Positions 1 through 10,089 of a stretch of DNA of 45,755 nucleotides are shown here, one piece after another. The DNA is taken from the IMG/VR virus record IMGVR_UViG_3300023214_000150, positions 1 through 45,755 of that record. The stretch is one strand, 5' to 3'. The notes under the pieces are model-generated. The model made no database searches, was not told the DNA's origin, and saw nothing but the letters and a program-made list of their open reading frames with translations. The stretch's first letter is position 1; each line of letters opens with the position of its first letter. Made by a program: the position numbers and the translations under genes. The DNA comes from a virus. Lineage: Duplodnaviria > Caudoviricetes.

Positions 1-127
1 CGCATTCGACAGGGACGACGTCGCCACTATCTACGTCGATGGAGTGGATCAAGGCACTCTGGACATCAGTATCGCCCAAGGGTCGCTGACCAACGCTTCA
101 ATGCCCCTCCGGTTCGGGGCGAGGACG
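1..127. repeat. Terminal direct repeat (copy 1); assembly circularisation overlap
   Basis: Bases 1-127 are identical to 45629-45755. 127 is a common assembler k-mer, and an ORF reads through the join. Confidence 0.95.
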
Positions 128-283
128 AAGGTCAACGGAAGCTCAACCGAGCAATTCTTTGACGGACAGGCGTCTCATGCGGCCTACCACGACGTGCTGC
201 TGTCCGCTCAGGACGCTTACGATTTGTATTTGCTTACGGAGGTCCGCCTCGGTGCTATCATCGGAAACGATCTTCTTCCTTAA
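1..283 (+). CDS. 3' part of a LamG/concanavalin A-like domain protein (gene starts at 45177 and crosses the join; 244 aa total)
   Basis: Frame starting at base 2 reads AFDRDDVATIYVDGVDQG...LRFGAR...FFDGQASHAAYHDVLLSAQDAYDLY, typical of a LamG C-terminal half; in frame with the ATG at 45177. Confidence 0.85.
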   Translation, partial: AFDRDDVATIYVDGVDQGTLDISIAQGSLTNASMPLRFGARTKVNGSSTEQFFDGQASHAAYHDVLLSAQDAYDLYLLTEVRLGAIIGNDLLP

Positions 284-304
284 CACCAACCCAAGGAGCA
301 CACC

Positions 305-718
305 ATGGGCGAGATCGCAGGCAGGCCGGTACGAGGAGTTGTCGACTCCGCAGACGCTTCAAGCGGCGTGGCGTTTACGCTGTATGAGGAGGGGTCGCTG
401 AGTTCGTACACCCTCAGGGACAACGAGTACCTCGAAATCCACCATGTCACGATTGTCTCAGCGGCGGGCGGGGATGTCTATATTCACGTCGGCGATGATG
501 CCACGGTCGGGTCGGGTGAGGTCGTGATTCGCGGCGAGGTCGCGGCGAACGGCGGCTTCGCCACCAACCTCAGCCCTCCGTTTGCCGGGCAGGCGGGACA
601 GTCGGCATACGCGACGGCCCCGGCGGGCAACGTCGACGCTCAGATTCGCGGAACGATTCGTCAGGCCAAGACTGGCACCACGCGGCCAGCATGGCGTGAG
701 AGCAACTTCGGAGCCTGA
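305..718 (+). CDS. Hypothetical virion-associated protein (beta-rich, 137 aa)
   Basis: AAGGAG RBS, G/A/T-rich beta-strand composition, position in the late arm. Confidence 0.7.
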   Translation: MGEIAGRPVRGVVDSADASSGVAFTLYEEGSLSSYTLRDNEYLEIHHVTIVSAAGGDVYIHVGDDATVGSGEVVIRGEVAANGGFATNLSPPFAGQAGQSAYATAPAGNVDAQIRGTIRQAKTGTTRPAWRESNFGA

Positions 719-749
719 ACAACCCCCCGATTCCAGAAGGAACGCTACC

Positions 750-1076
750 ATGAGCATCACCGCATCGGAAGGCCATCAAGTCGCATCGGACCCCGATTTC
801 GTGAAACGAGTCGAGATTATGTTATCGAAAGTCTGCACGGCCGTTGTCGGCGAGTCGACAGATACCGAAGGCCACCCCGAGCGGCTCGCGTACACCCGGC
901 GGTTCTTCCAGAATCCGAGGGGCCGGGCACAAGTCGCGGCCCTGACCGTCGTGAGTCAGTACCTCGACACCCTGAACACGACCGATCACAGGGATGTCAC
1001 GGACACGCAGATCGAGAACGGGCTGACGGCGGTGTTCAACGCTCTGGCGGGCGTCAGCACCGACGACCCGGCGTAA
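750..1076 (+). CDS. Hypothetical protein (108 aa, MSITASEGHQ...)
   Basis: AGAAGGA RBS before the ATG at 750; corrected start within track ORF 582..1076. Confidence 0.7.
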   Translation: MSITASEGHQVASDPDFVKRVEIMLSKVCTAVVGESTDTEGHPERLAYTRRFFQNPRGRAQVAALTVVSQYLDTLNTTDHRDVTDTQIENGLTAVFNALAGVSTDDPA

Positions 1077-1085
1077 GGGAGACCC

Positions 1086-1502
1086 ATGGGCAAGCCGCAG
1101 CGATACAACTCGCGGCAGTTAACCGAGCACGTCCGCCAACTCGCGGCCGAGGCCCACGACTGGTCGATGGAGGACGGGATCATCACCAAAGGTGAGGCCC
1201 TTGCTCGATTGCTGTGGCGGAAAGCCCTCGGCTACACCGAGACCACGACCGACGAAGAAGGCAACGAGAAAGAGGTCTGGCACAAGCCTGAGGCGTGGGC
1301 GATCCAGCTTCTCTACGACCGCATGGAGGGCAAGACGCCTACGGCCGTTCCCGAGGAGGACGATCGAAAAACCAAGGTGGCGGATCAGGTGCGGCAGCTT
1401 GCTGTCGCGAGGCTTAACGACCTCGCTGTGACGGCCCAATCCGGCGACGACTTGAAGAAGAAGGGGCCGCCCAAGCGGAGCAAACCCGACGATGCCCAAT
1501 GA
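1086..1502 (+). CDS. terS: Probable terminase small subunit
   Basis: Helical 138-aa protein with AIQLLYDRMEGK motif, overlapping the TerL start; GGAGACCC RBS. Confidence 0.6.
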   Translation: MGKPQRYNSRQLTEHVRQLAAEAHDWSMEDGIITKGEALARLLWRKALGYTETTTDEEGNEKEVWHKPEAWAIQLLYDRMEGKTPTAVPEEDDRKTKVADQVRQLAVARLNDLAVTAQSGDDLKKKGPPKRSKPDDAQ

Positions 1503-3408
1503 GTTTCAGGTCCAACCAGAGCTTGAGACGCCGTTCCCGGACATTCCCGGCGAATGGCAGTGCCCGATCACCGGCCTGATTGTGCCGAAGGACCCCTCCC
1601 GTAACCTGCAATGGCGGGCAAACGTCCTCGAAGCGGCCGAGGAAGACAGCGAGCTTCAAGTCGACCTCTACACGGCCTGCTCCCAATCGCTCCTGTTCTT
1701 CATCAACGCCTTCTGTTTCACGCTCCGCGTGTTCGAGTCTGAGAACGGGTCGATGCGGCAGGCGAAAAACCAGCACGTCCCGTTTGTGACGTGGCCGATT
1801 CAGGACAAGCACCTGTTGCGAGTCGAGCACGCCATCGACAACGGCGAAGAGCTTCTGACCGACAAGAGCCGTGACATGGGGGCGACGTGGAACCATATCG
1901 CGGTCTACGCCCACCGATTCCTGTTTCGCGACTACGAGAGTCATCTGCTCATGTCGCGTAAAGAGGATGCAGTCGACCAGCTTGACGGCAGGCCGAGCAG
2001 CTACCCCCACGGCACGCTGTCAGCCCCGGGCACGCTGTTCGGCAAGATCGACTATATCCTCGCTCGCCTGCCCGAGTGGATGCTCCCGCGAATGACCCGC
2101 AAGAAGCTCCACCTCGTCAACCTCGACAACCACGCTCGCATCGACGGTGAGTCGTCCAACGCGACAGCGGGTAGCTCCGACCGCCGAACCTCGATCTTCC
2201 TCGATGAGATGGCGAAGATGGGCGAAGGCGAGTCGATCAAGCGGTCGACCCGCGACGTGGCCGCCTGCCGTCTGCCTTGCTCGACCCCCAACGGGCCGGG
2301 TACCGCGTACTCGAAGTGGCGGCTTTCCGGGACCATCCCAGTGTTCATCCTGCCGTGGTGGGAGCATCCGGAGAAGGGCACTGGCCGCTACGTTGTGCAG
2401 GACGATCTTGGCCGGTGGAAGATTCGGAGCCCGTGGTACGACGCCGAGGCCGAGACCCGTTCGCCGAAGGAACTGGCGATCGAGGTCGATATGGACCACG
2501 TTGGGTCCGGCGACACGTTCTTCGAGGCTACGATCATCGAGGAGCATAAAAAACTCTTTGCTCGCCCGCCCAAGCGGAAGATGGCGATTACATTCGAGAA
2601 GACTGTACCCGACTCCAAAATCCCGGATGCCCTCATTAGGCGGGACCTAGGCTCCATTCGGTACACCCCCAGCGGTGCGTGGCGAGTTTGGGTCAATCTG
2701 ATGAGGGGCCGTCCGGATCAGACGAAGACCTACACCCTCGCGGCCGACATCTCGAAAGGGATGGGGGCCTCGAACAGTGTCATCTCGATCATGTGCAACG
2801 AGACCCGCGAGAAGGTTGCCGAGTTCGCGGACGCCAACACGCCGCCGTATGAACTTGCTCGCATCGCCTGTGCGGCGTGCGTCTGGGCGGGCGGAAAGTC
2901 GCGTCCCCTCCTGATCTGGGAGAATAATGGCGACCCCGGGTTTGACTTTGGCCGTCAGGTCGTGCATACTTACAGGTACCCCAACGTCTACTTCGACCGT
3001 GCCCCGGGCACGATCGCGGAAAAGAGGGGTAAGCGGTTCGGGTGGCGGTCGTCGCCGGAGAAGAAGGCTCAGGCCCTTGGTGAACTCCGTCGGGCATATG
3101 CCCACAGCGGCTTCATTAACCACAGCGAGGAGGCTCTCGACGAAGCCTTGACCTACATTACCTACGAGAACGGCAGCATTGGCCCGGCGGAGCTTGTTGA
3201 GGAGTCGGAGTCGGCTCGCAAAACCCACGGAGACCGCGTAATTGCCGACATGCTTTGCCTCGTGGGCGTCAGTGAGGCCCCAAAGAACAAGAGCAGCCGC
3301 CCGGCACCGCCCCAGCGGTCGATCGGGTATCGCATGAAGCAGTGGAAGCGGGAGAAGAAGGCCCAGACCCGGGCCGATCGGTTCGACTTTCGGACGACCG
3401 CTGCATAA
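1492..3408 (+). CDS. terL: Terminase large subunit
   Basis: Walker A-like KSRDMGATW, Walker B IFLDE, coupling motif STPNG, RNase H-like nuclease AADISKG and HGDRVIAD. Confidence 0.93.
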   Translation: MPNEFQVQPELETPFPDIPGEWQCPITGLIVPKDPSRNLQWRANVLEAAEEDSELQVDLYTACSQSLLFFINAFCFTLRVFESENGSMRQAKNQHVPFVTWPIQDKHLLRVEHAIDNGEELLTDKSRDMGATWNHIAVYAHRFLFRDYESHLLMSRKEDAVDQLDGRPSSYPHGTLSAPGTLFGKIDYILARLPEWMLPRMTRKKLHLVNLDNHARIDGESSNATAGSSDRRTSIFLDEMAKMGEGESIKRSTRDVAACRLPCSTPNGPGTAYSKWRLSGTIPVFILPWWEHPEKGTGRYVVQDDLGRWKIRSPWYDAEAETRSPKELAIEVDMDHVGSGDTFFEATIIEEHKKLFARPPKRKMAITFEKTVPDSKIPDALIRRDLGSIRYTPSGAWRVWVNLMRGRPDQTKTYTLAADISKGMGASNSVISIMCNETREKVAEFADANTPPYELARIACAACVWAGGKSRPLLIWENNGDPGFDFGRQVVHTYRYPNVYFDRAPGTIAEKRGKRFGWRSSPEKKAQALGELRRAYAHSGFINHSEEALDEALTYITYENGSIGPAELVEESESARKTHGDRVIADMLCLVGVSEAPKNKSSRPAPPQRSIGYRMKQWKREKKAQTRADRFDFRTTAA

Positions 3409-3422
3409 AGGACGTTTAGACG

Positions 3423-5351
3423 ATGCCAAGTGAAATGAGTCCCAAACAATTTCAAGAATACGCCCAGAACGGCGTGAAGCGTCTCAAGAACTTCCGCAGT
3501 GCTCGGCTGATGTTTCTCCGCAATTACACAGGCCAGTATTACGACCGCGACCACGGCCGCGTCGGCACGGAGGCCCTGAATCTGACGTTCAATGCGATCC
3601 GGACGTTGGTGCCCCAGATCGTGATGAGCAACCCCAAGCACAACGTTTCCAGTCGCTACCTCGCAAACGCGGAATATGCGGACCTTCTCGGGCTGGCTCT
3701 GACGGAACATGACAAGGACATCCGAATCAAGGACGTGTATCGTCGTGTTGTCGTCGACGCGATCTTCACGCTCGGCATCCTCAAGACCGGGCTGGCCGAA
3801 AGCGACAGCGTGTACGCCTTCGACGAGTACGATCAGGTCGACGCCGGGGAAATCTACACCGAGGCAGTCGACTTCGACAACTTCGTCTGCGACCCCCGCT
3901 CGAACGACCACCTGTTCCGCGATGCCGCGTTTCTCGGTGATCGAATCTGTATTCCGCGACGCCAGTTGCTCGACAGCGGGCTGTATCAGAACGGGCTTGT
4001 CGAGCGGCTCCCTTCCGTGGACAGCAAACGCGATCAGGCGTCGAACCTCTCGCAACGGAGCCTAAACACCGGGGAAATCTATGACCTCCAAGACGAGGTT
4101 GAAATCATCGAGTTGTGGGTCCCGAGCTACAACGCGATCGTCACAATCCCCGGATGTGACAGCGTGAAGTTCGACGAGTTCCTGCGGGTCGATGATTACT
4201 ATGGCCCCGACACCGGGCCGTACACCCTGTTGGCTCTCACGCCCCCGGTGCCCGGCAACCCGCTGCCCGTCCCGGCAGTCGGCGTTTGGCATGACCTCCA
4301 TGTCCTCGCGAACCGCATGGCGAAGAAAATCATCGACCAAGCAGAGCGGCAGAAGGACATCGTGGGCTACCGCCGGGCGGCGGCGGACGACGCACAGGAA
4401 GCCCTCGACGCGGGCGACGGCGAGGCTGTGGCCATGGACGACCCCGACGCCCTTAGGGTCCACAGTTTCGGCGGACAACAGAACAGCAACGAGGCTCACT
4501 TGTACCAGTTGCAGGGCTGGTTCAACATGATGGCCGCGAATCCGCAGGCGGTCGGCGGGCAGAACATGGACGCCGAATCCGCGACCGAGGCCCAGATTCT
4601 CGCCCAGAACGCCAACATCGGCTTGGAGGACATGAAGGACCTCGTGTACGATATGAGTGCGATCGAGGCGGCGAAGCGGGCGTGGTACCTGCACACGGAC
4701 CCGTTCATTGAGATGCCGCTGACTCGTCGCGTGACGACCCCGCCGCAGTACGGACAGGGGCCGAACGGCCCGATGATCGTTGAGCCGGGTCGTGTCGAGG
4801 ACGAGCAGATTTACCTGACGCCGGAGGCGAGACGAGGGGACTTCCTCGATTTCCACTTCGAGGTTGAGCCCGAGTCCATGGCTCGCAAGGACGCCCGTAC
4901 CCGGTTCCAAGAGGCCATGGACTTCGCGGTCAAGATTCTTCCAGCGGTGATGCAGTCCGCCCAGACTGCCGCGATGCTCGGCCTCCCGTTCTCGCCCAAG
5001 CAGTTCCTTCTCCGTATGGCTAAAGACCGGGGAATCGACTGGCTCGATGAAGTGTTCTACGACCCCGAGTTCCAGCAGCAGATGATGGTGCAGATGATGC
5101 AAGCTCCGCAGGCCGAGGGGTCGAAGGGGCAAGCCGGGCCCGCTCAAGCCCCCCAGATGCCGAACGCCATGGCCGGGGGCGGCCGGGGTCAGCGGAGTCA
5201 GCAGCAGGCGGGCAACGACCCGCTCGCGGCCCTGTTGCAGAACGGCCAGCCGGGGCAGGTGGCGGCCAATCCGAATATCGCAGCCCGTCAGCGGGCTGAC
5301 GCCCAGCGTGGGGCGAACGACGCCCAATCCAGACTCAAAGGAGGCTATTGA
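3423..5351 (+). CDS. Portal protein (podovirus/P22-like)
   Basis: 642 aa directly after TerL; SATEAQIL motif; Q/P/M-rich C-terminal barrel region. Confidence 0.85.
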   Translation: MPSEMSPKQFQEYAQNGVKRLKNFRSARLMFLRNYTGQYYDRDHGRVGTEALNLTFNAIRTLVPQIVMSNPKHNVSSRYLANAEYADLLGLALTEHDKDIRIKDVYRRVVVDAIFTLGILKTGLAESDSVYAFDEYDQVDAGEIYTEAVDFDNFVCDPRSNDHLFRDAAFLGDRICIPRRQLLDSGLYQNGLVERLPSVDSKRDQASNLSQRSLNTGEIYDLQDEVEIIELWVPSYNAIVTIPGCDSVKFDEFLRVDDYYGPDTGPYTLLALTPPVPGNPLPVPAVGVWHDLHVLANRMAKKIIDQAERQKDIVGYRRAAADDAQEALDAGDGEAVAMDDPDALRVHSFGGQQNSNEAHLYQLQGWFNMMAANPQAVGGQNMDAESATEAQILAQNANIGLEDMKDLVYDMSAIEAAKRAWYLHTDPFIEMPLTRRVTTPPQYGQGPNGPMIVEPGRVEDEQIYLTPEARRGDFLDFHFEVEPESMARKDARTRFQEAMDFAVKILPAVMQSAQTAAMLGLPFSPKQFLLRMAKDRGIDWLDEVFYDPEFQQQMMVQMMQAPQAEGSKGQAGPAQAPQMPNAMAGGGRGQRSQQQAGNDPLAALLQNGQPGQVAANPNIAARQRADAQRGANDAQSRLKGGY

Positions 5352-5701
5352 TGCCCATCTACGAACACTTCTGCCCACACTGCGGGCACGAGGACACATT
5401 CTTCCGACCCATGTCTGGGTCGGGCGACAGTCCGGCCTGTCCCGTTTGCACTGCGGCGATGAAACGGAACTATCAGGCGGAGGGTGCGGGCCCCCACCTC
5501 GACAAGGAGTTCGACAAGCCGATCGAGATGCACAGCATCGCTTTGTGTAACGGTGAAGACATCGCCGATTTCCGGCGGCGGCACCCGGACGTTGAGATTG
5601 GCACGGACCCGAGACAGAACGACTACGGTGTGCCCAAGGCCCGAAGCCGGTCTGAGAAACTCCGGATTCTGAAAAAGGAGGGGTGGATCGAGCGGAATTG
5701 A
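5351..5701 (+). CDS. FmdB-family zinc-ribbon protein
   Basis: MPIYEHFCPHCGH...SPACPVC signature; translationally coupled to the portal stop. Confidence 0.8.
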   Translation: MPIYEHFCPHCGHEDTFFRPMSGSGDSPACPVCTAAMKRNYQAEGAGPHLDKEFDKPIEMHSIALCNGEDIADFRRRHPDVEIGTDPRQNDYGVPKARSRSEKLRILKKEGWIERN

Positions 5702-5702
5702 C

Positions 5703-5739
5703 TTGACAATCGCTTCGTGTATGGTATAATGCCCGCATC
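5703..5739 (+). promoter_or_regulatory. Sigma70-type late promoter for scaffold/capsid genes
   Basis: TTGACA (5703)-16 bp-TATAAT (5725) with extended -10 TGn; bases 5719-5739 are identical to 44380-44400. Confidence 0.85.
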
Positions 5740-5768
5740 AGACCCGATTTCTACTTTGGAGACCCACG

Positions 5769-6884
5769 ATGACTCTGCCCAATACCGAGACCCCGGAAAT
5801 CGACGAACAGGCCGAGGATCAGCAGCCTGCCGACCCCGATGGGGGTTTCGACCGCGAGGTTCTGGAATCCGCGACCAAGGATCGGCTCGAAGCTGCGTTC
5901 GGCGACGAGCCGCCTGAAACCGACCCCGAAAACACGGATGAGGGGGAACCCGAGGGTGAAGAAGAACCCGAGGGTGAAGAAGAACCCGAGAAGGTTGAAG
6001 GCGAGGAAGAACCCGAAGACGAGGACGAAGCTGCGGCCGACGATGGCGATGAGCCGTCTGACGCCCCAACCCTTCCCGAGTCCCATCGACGTTCGCTCCG
6101 AGCCTACGGGTGGCAGGATGATGAGATCGACGAGAATCTCCATGCCCTCGGTGACAAGTTCCTCAAGACGGCGGAGCGGATTCACGGGAACCGCAACGCC
6201 GAACTCCAACAGTGGGCTGCGGCAGGACGCCAAGCCCGCGAGGAACAGGCCCCGACCAGCCCCGACGACGGGGGCACGAAGGGCCAACAGGCCCAGACGG
6301 GCCAACTGCCCAGCGAGTTGAAGCCGATTGACGCGGCCAAGCTCAAGGAGCAGTACGGCGACGACGAGTTGGTGGACGCGATCGTCGGCCCCGTGAACCA
6401 GACGATCGAGGCTCTCAACGGTGTGCTGCCGCAGGTTCAGCAAGGCCAGCAGGCGGTTCAGCAGGCTCAGGTCGAGCGGGTCACTCAGCAGGTCGAGGGC
6501 TTTTTCGGCCAAAACGACCTCAAGCCATACGAGGAACTCTACGGCAACCCGCAGGCTGGGCTGAGCGAGGAGCAGGTCGAGAACCGAAACAAGGTGCTCG
6601 ATACTGCGTATAACCTCATGGTCGGTGCCGAGCAAGTCCACGGTCAGGAGCTTCCGTTTGCGGACGCTCTCACCCACGCCCACGAGGTTGTCAGCAGCGG
6701 CTTCCAAAGCACGGCCGCACGGAAGACGGTGAAGAAGCAGGCGAAGACTCGCAATCGCGGCCTGTCTCAGAAGCCGAGCCGCCGGAAGGGTTCGCAGCAG
6801 CAGACGAGCGACGGACCCGCTGAAACCCGCGACGAGTTGGAGCGTCGCACGAAAGAGCGATTGGCCCAAGCCTTCGCCGAGTGA
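5769..6884 (+). CDS. Capsid scaffolding protein
   Basis: Highly acidic N-terminus with EPEGEE repeats, helical core and basic C-terminus; lies between portal and capsid genes. Confidence 0.8.
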   Translation: MTLPNTETPEIDEQAEDQQPADPDGGFDREVLESATKDRLEAAFGDEPPETDPENTDEGEPEGEEEPEGEEEPEKVEGEEEPEDEDEAAADDGDEPSDAPTLPESHRRSLRAYGWQDDEIDENLHALGDKFLKTAERIHGNRNAELQQWAAAGRQAREEQAPTSPDDGGTKGQQAQTGQLPSELKPIDAAKLKEQYGDDELVDAIVGPVNQTIEALNGVLPQVQQGQQAVQQAQVERVTQQVEGFFGQNDLKPYEELYGNPQAGLSEEQVENRNKVLDTAYNLMVGAEQVHGQELPFADALTHAHEVVSSGFQSTAARKTVKKQAKTRNRGLSQKPSRRKGSQQQTSDGPAETRDELERRTKERLAQAFAE

Positions 6885-6906
6885 ACCCTGATTTAAGGAG
6901 ACAACC

Positions 6907-8025
6907 ATGCCGGTTGACAACGACCAACTGAGCGACCTGATCGCGACGACCCTCAAGGACTTGCCCAAGGGACAGTTTGAGGTCATGTGGGACTCGCAGA
7001 GCTACGAGTTCTGCCGCATCTACAACCAGAACCGCCGTCAGGTCGACGGCGGCACGAGCATCCAGCGGAACGTGATTCTCGACCGCAACGGTCGGGCCCG
7101 GTACCGTCGTCTGTACGATACCGATGACCCCACCGTCGACAACAACCAGCACACGATCGACGTGCCGTGGACCCAGATCGGTACGGACTACTCGTGGGAT
7201 GTTGTCGAAATCCTCCGCAACAAGAACTCCACCAAGGGGTTCATCGACCTCATGGAGTCCCGCCGGACCGAGCGGATGTGGGACCTCGCCGAACTGATCG
7301 AGGAGCGTGGCTGGGCGACGCCAACCTCGGCGACCGACAAGCTGTACCCCTACGGCATCCCGTACTACATCAACCTGCTCAACGCGGGTTCGACCACGGG
7401 CGGTTTCCACGGCCAGACCATTCGCTACCAGAACGGCAGCACCGGCACGATCTGTGCGGGCATCGACGCCAGTACCGAGAGCAAGTGGCGGAACTACGCA
7501 GATGTCTACTCCAAGGTCGACAACGGCCTGCTCCGCAAGCTGCGGCAGGCGGTCCGGCGTACTCGTTTCCGTCCGGCCCCATTCGTGCCGACGCCCGGCA
7601 ACGACAAGGTGGGCTCGCCGATCAAGCTCTACACCGACGACGCGACGGTGACGGAACTGGAGGACCTCGGCGACAAGCGGGACGACAACAACGCCCCCAA
7701 GGACCTCGCCGGGCAGATGCTCCACAACTACGACGGTACCGTGTTTTTCAACCGGATGCCCGTCGTCTACATCCCGCAGCTTGACGGCTACACCGTCGTC
7801 GACGGCGGGAGCAACGACTTCGAGCCGAGCCCGATCTTCTGCGTCGACTGGACCAAGCTCCAGCCGGTCGTGCAGGACGGGTACTGGATGGAGGAGGGCA
7901 AGCCGATGGTGGACCGTGGCCAGCACACCACCTTCACCGTCTTCCTCGACGGCTCGCACAACAACCTGTGCATTAACCGCCGGACGGCGGGCTTCGTGCT
8001 GCACAAGGCCATCCCGGGCTCCTGA
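6907..8025 (+). CDS. Major capsid protein
   Basis: 372 aa after the scaffold, strongest RBS (TAAGGAG), strongly biased codons, followed by a terminator. Confidence 0.85.
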   Translation: MPVDNDQLSDLIATTLKDLPKGQFEVMWDSQSYEFCRIYNQNRRQVDGGTSIQRNVILDRNGRARYRRLYDTDDPTVDNNQHTIDVPWTQIGTDYSWDVVEILRNKNSTKGFIDLMESRRTERMWDLAELIEERGWATPTSATDKLYPYGIPYYINLLNAGSTTGGFHGQTIRYQNGSTGTICAGIDASTESKWRNYADVYSKVDNGLLRKLRQAVRRTRFRPAPFVPTPGNDKVGSPIKLYTDDATVTELEDLGDKRDDNNAPKDLAGQMLHNYDGTVFFNRMPVVYIPQLDGYTVVDGGSNDFEPSPIFCVDWTKLQPVVQDGYWMEEGKPMVDRGQHTTFTVFLDGSHNNLCINRRTAGFVLHKAIPGS

Positions 8026-8052
8026 TCGCAGTGACTGACGTTTGACAACACA

Positions 8053-8076
8053 GGGGGCGGATCGCCGCCCCCTTTT
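8053..8076 (+). terminator. Intrinsic terminator after the major capsid gene
   Basis: GGGGGCGG-ATCG-CCGCCCCC followed by TTTT. Confidence 0.75.
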
Positions 8077-8098
8077 CCCAGCCAACAGGAGAACTACC

Positions 8099-8950
8099 AT
8101 GGGAAACGGAATCATCGGCTACGACAACCCGGGTGAAGCGGATCAGCCGAGCCCGGCGATCTGGGGTGACTGCCCCTTTTCGCTTCTCAACGAACTTGGT
8201 GAAGGGGCCTTTCTGTACGAGGACTTTCAGAGCCCTCTGTCTCAGGCCACGCTGACCGACTCCGTGCCGATCGGCCGGGGCGACTTCTCGTACAAGGGCG
8301 ACACTGACTCGTCCCTCACGTCGATCGCGGACACGCCCACGGGCATCGTCGAACTGGAGACGGACACCACGGCGGCAGACGCCGGGGTCATCGTGTCCAA
8401 CGCCCTCGCCAAGATCGTCAAGAACTCGGGCAAGCGGGTTTGGTTCGAGGCCCGTGTCGCCCCCGGCGACGTGGACGACGACATGGGCACGTTCATCGGT
8501 CTCGTCGAGGAAGACGGGGCGGACGAGGACGTGATCGCCGACAACCCCGCCGACAACGACGCGACGGCCGACGTGACGCTGATTGGGTTCTTCCAGTCCA
8601 ACGACGACCCCGACGCCTACGACATCCTGAACAAGAAGGAGACCGGCGACGCGACGGTGGTTCTCAACGACGCTACCAACGCGACCGGCCTGCCCTCGGA
8701 TGACCGGGCTTCGCTCATCGACGGCGTTGGTGCGACCGGGGCCGGGCTGCACAAGCTCGGCATCTACTTCGACGGCCGCGACAAGATCAAGTTTTTCGTC
8801 GACGGCTACAAGGTCGCCGAGAAGACGGTGGACAGCACGGTGGACCAGAGCAACGCCCTCGCCGCCATCGTCGGCGTCAAGACCGGCGATGCCGCCGCCG
8901 AGAAAATCTTGATCGACTGGATTCGTTTCGCCTACGAACGGGTCCGATGA
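8099..8950 (+). CDS. Structural protein (possible capsid decoration/minor capsid, beta-sandwich)
   Basis: AGGAG RBS before ATG 8099; D/T/G-rich; ConA-like segment HKLGIYFDGRDKIKFFVDG. Confidence 0.7.
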   Translation: MGNGIIGYDNPGEADQPSPAIWGDCPFSLLNELGEGAFLYEDFQSPLSQATLTDSVPIGRGDFSYKGDTDSSLTSIADTPTGIVELETDTTAADAGVIVSNALAKIVKNSGKRVWFEARVAPGDVDDDMGTFIGLVEEDGADEDVIADNPADNDATADVTLIGFFQSNDDPDAYDILNKKETGDATVVLNDATNATGLPSDDRASLIDGVGATGAGLHKLGIYFDGRDKIKFFVDGYKVAEKTVDSTVDQSNALAAIVGVKTGDAAAEKILIDWIRFAYERVR

Positions 8951-8964
8951 ACGGCTGACGCCAC

Positions 8965-8997
8965 CCCCGGGTCCGACTTCGGGCCCGGGGTCTCTCT
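8965..8997 (+). terminator. GC hairpin, possible terminator
   Basis: CCCCGGGTCCG-ACTT-CGGGCCCGGGG followed by TCTCTCT (weak U tract). Confidence 0.5.
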
Positions 8998-9015
8998 GTC
9001 TAAACAGGCATTGCC

Positions 9016-10050
9016 ATGGCCGAACCAACGAGCGTCCTGACATTTCGAGACCTCATCATCGAGGTCGCCCGGAAGATTGGTATTGCCTACTACGGGGATG
9101 ACGGCACTGAGGTCGCTCAAGTGCCGAACGACGCTCACGACCTCGACGAGTGCAGGCGTCACGTCAACAACGCGATCCGGATGTTCGTCAACGACGGGCC
9201 AAACCCGAACGGCTGGCGGTGGTTGCGGCCGGTCGGATCGTTCACCATCTGGGGGACAATCAACGCCGATAGTAGCAAGACCGTCACGTCGGCGGGGTAC
9301 GACCCCTTGACCGAGAAGACGACCCTTGTGGCCAACGTCGACTCCTTCTATTCGACGATGGAGGAGCACACCATCGGGGTCACAGGCGTCGACTCCTTCA
9401 CCATCTCTAACGTCGTCGATGCCAAGACGATCAAGGTCCGGGGCGACGCGACGGCCGTGGGGACCGCCGGGGAGACGTGGAGCATCACGTCCACCGGCAA
9501 CTTCACGATGCCCCGGGATTTCAGCGGCCAGTTCGTCGGAACCATCACTTACGAGGCCGACACCAATCAGGGCGTCAGTCTGGATTGGGCTGACGAGAGC
9601 ACGATCCGGCTGTGGCGGGAGAACATCGAGGACGAGACGGGCGACCCGTTCTGGGCCGCCATCCGCCCATTCACAACTCCCGGCAACCGCCGCCGGTGGG
9701 AACTGCTCGTCTACCCCCAGCCTGATGAAGTCATGGTGGTGGAGTTCCCGTACCACCTGCATTTCGACCGGCTGGTCGACTTGGACGAAGTTCCCCCGAC
9801 GCCCTTTGCCCACGACGAGGCGATCAAAGCCGCGTGTTTGGCTGTCGTTGAAAAGGATGTCGAGGGGGCCCCGGGCGTCGATTGGAACTACTACTCGGGG
9901 CAGGCGTTGCCGAACAGCCTCCGAGTCGATGCCCAATCGGCCCCGAAACGCCTCGGCTACTTTGGTAATCCCGGGGCTCGTGGCAACCCCGATATCAAAG
10001 AGTTCCGGGCCAACTGGTACCAGCGGCCCGATGTGCGATTCAACACTTAA
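9016..10050 (+). CDS. Head-tail adaptor (tail tubular protein A-like) with an inserted beta domain
   Basis: LTFRDLIIEV...VNNAIR...WRWL N-terminus and LLVYPQPD motif typical of adaptors; position. Confidence 0.7.
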   Translation: MAEPTSVLTFRDLIIEVARKIGIAYYGDDGTEVAQVPNDAHDLDECRRHVNNAIRMFVNDGPNPNGWRWLRPVGSFTIWGTINADSSKTVTSAGYDPLTEKTTLVANVDSFYSTMEEHTIGVTGVDSFTISNVVDAKTIKVRGDATAVGTAGETWSITSTGNFTMPRDFSGQFVGTITYEADTNQGVSLDWADESTIRLWRENIEDETGDPFWAAIRPFTTPGNRRRWELLVYPQPDEVMVVEFPYHLHFDRLVDLDEVPPTPFAHDEAIKAACLAVVEKDVEGAPGVDWNYYSGQALPNSLRVDAQSAPKRLGYFGNPGARGNPDIKEFRANWYQRPDVRFNT

Positions 10051-10089
10051 CCCCGTGGCTCTCCGAGTCACCAAGCAAGGAGCAGCATC

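Noticed and set aside
8042-8047. TTGACA after the capsid gene as a promoter, and TTG 8042 as a start codon
   Set aside because: There is no -10 element, a terminator hairpin follows, and the RBS supports ATG 8099.
7980-8100. Programmed frameshift or readthrough extending the capsid protein
   Set aside because: No slippery heptamer near the stop, and a terminator follows.
4062-10074. Long antisense ORFs (for example 4062..5738, 5751..6986, 6691..8115) and similar ones elsewhere
   Set aside because: Expected in GC-rich DNA with strong codon bias; they have no RBS or motifs and lie opposite clear structural genes.
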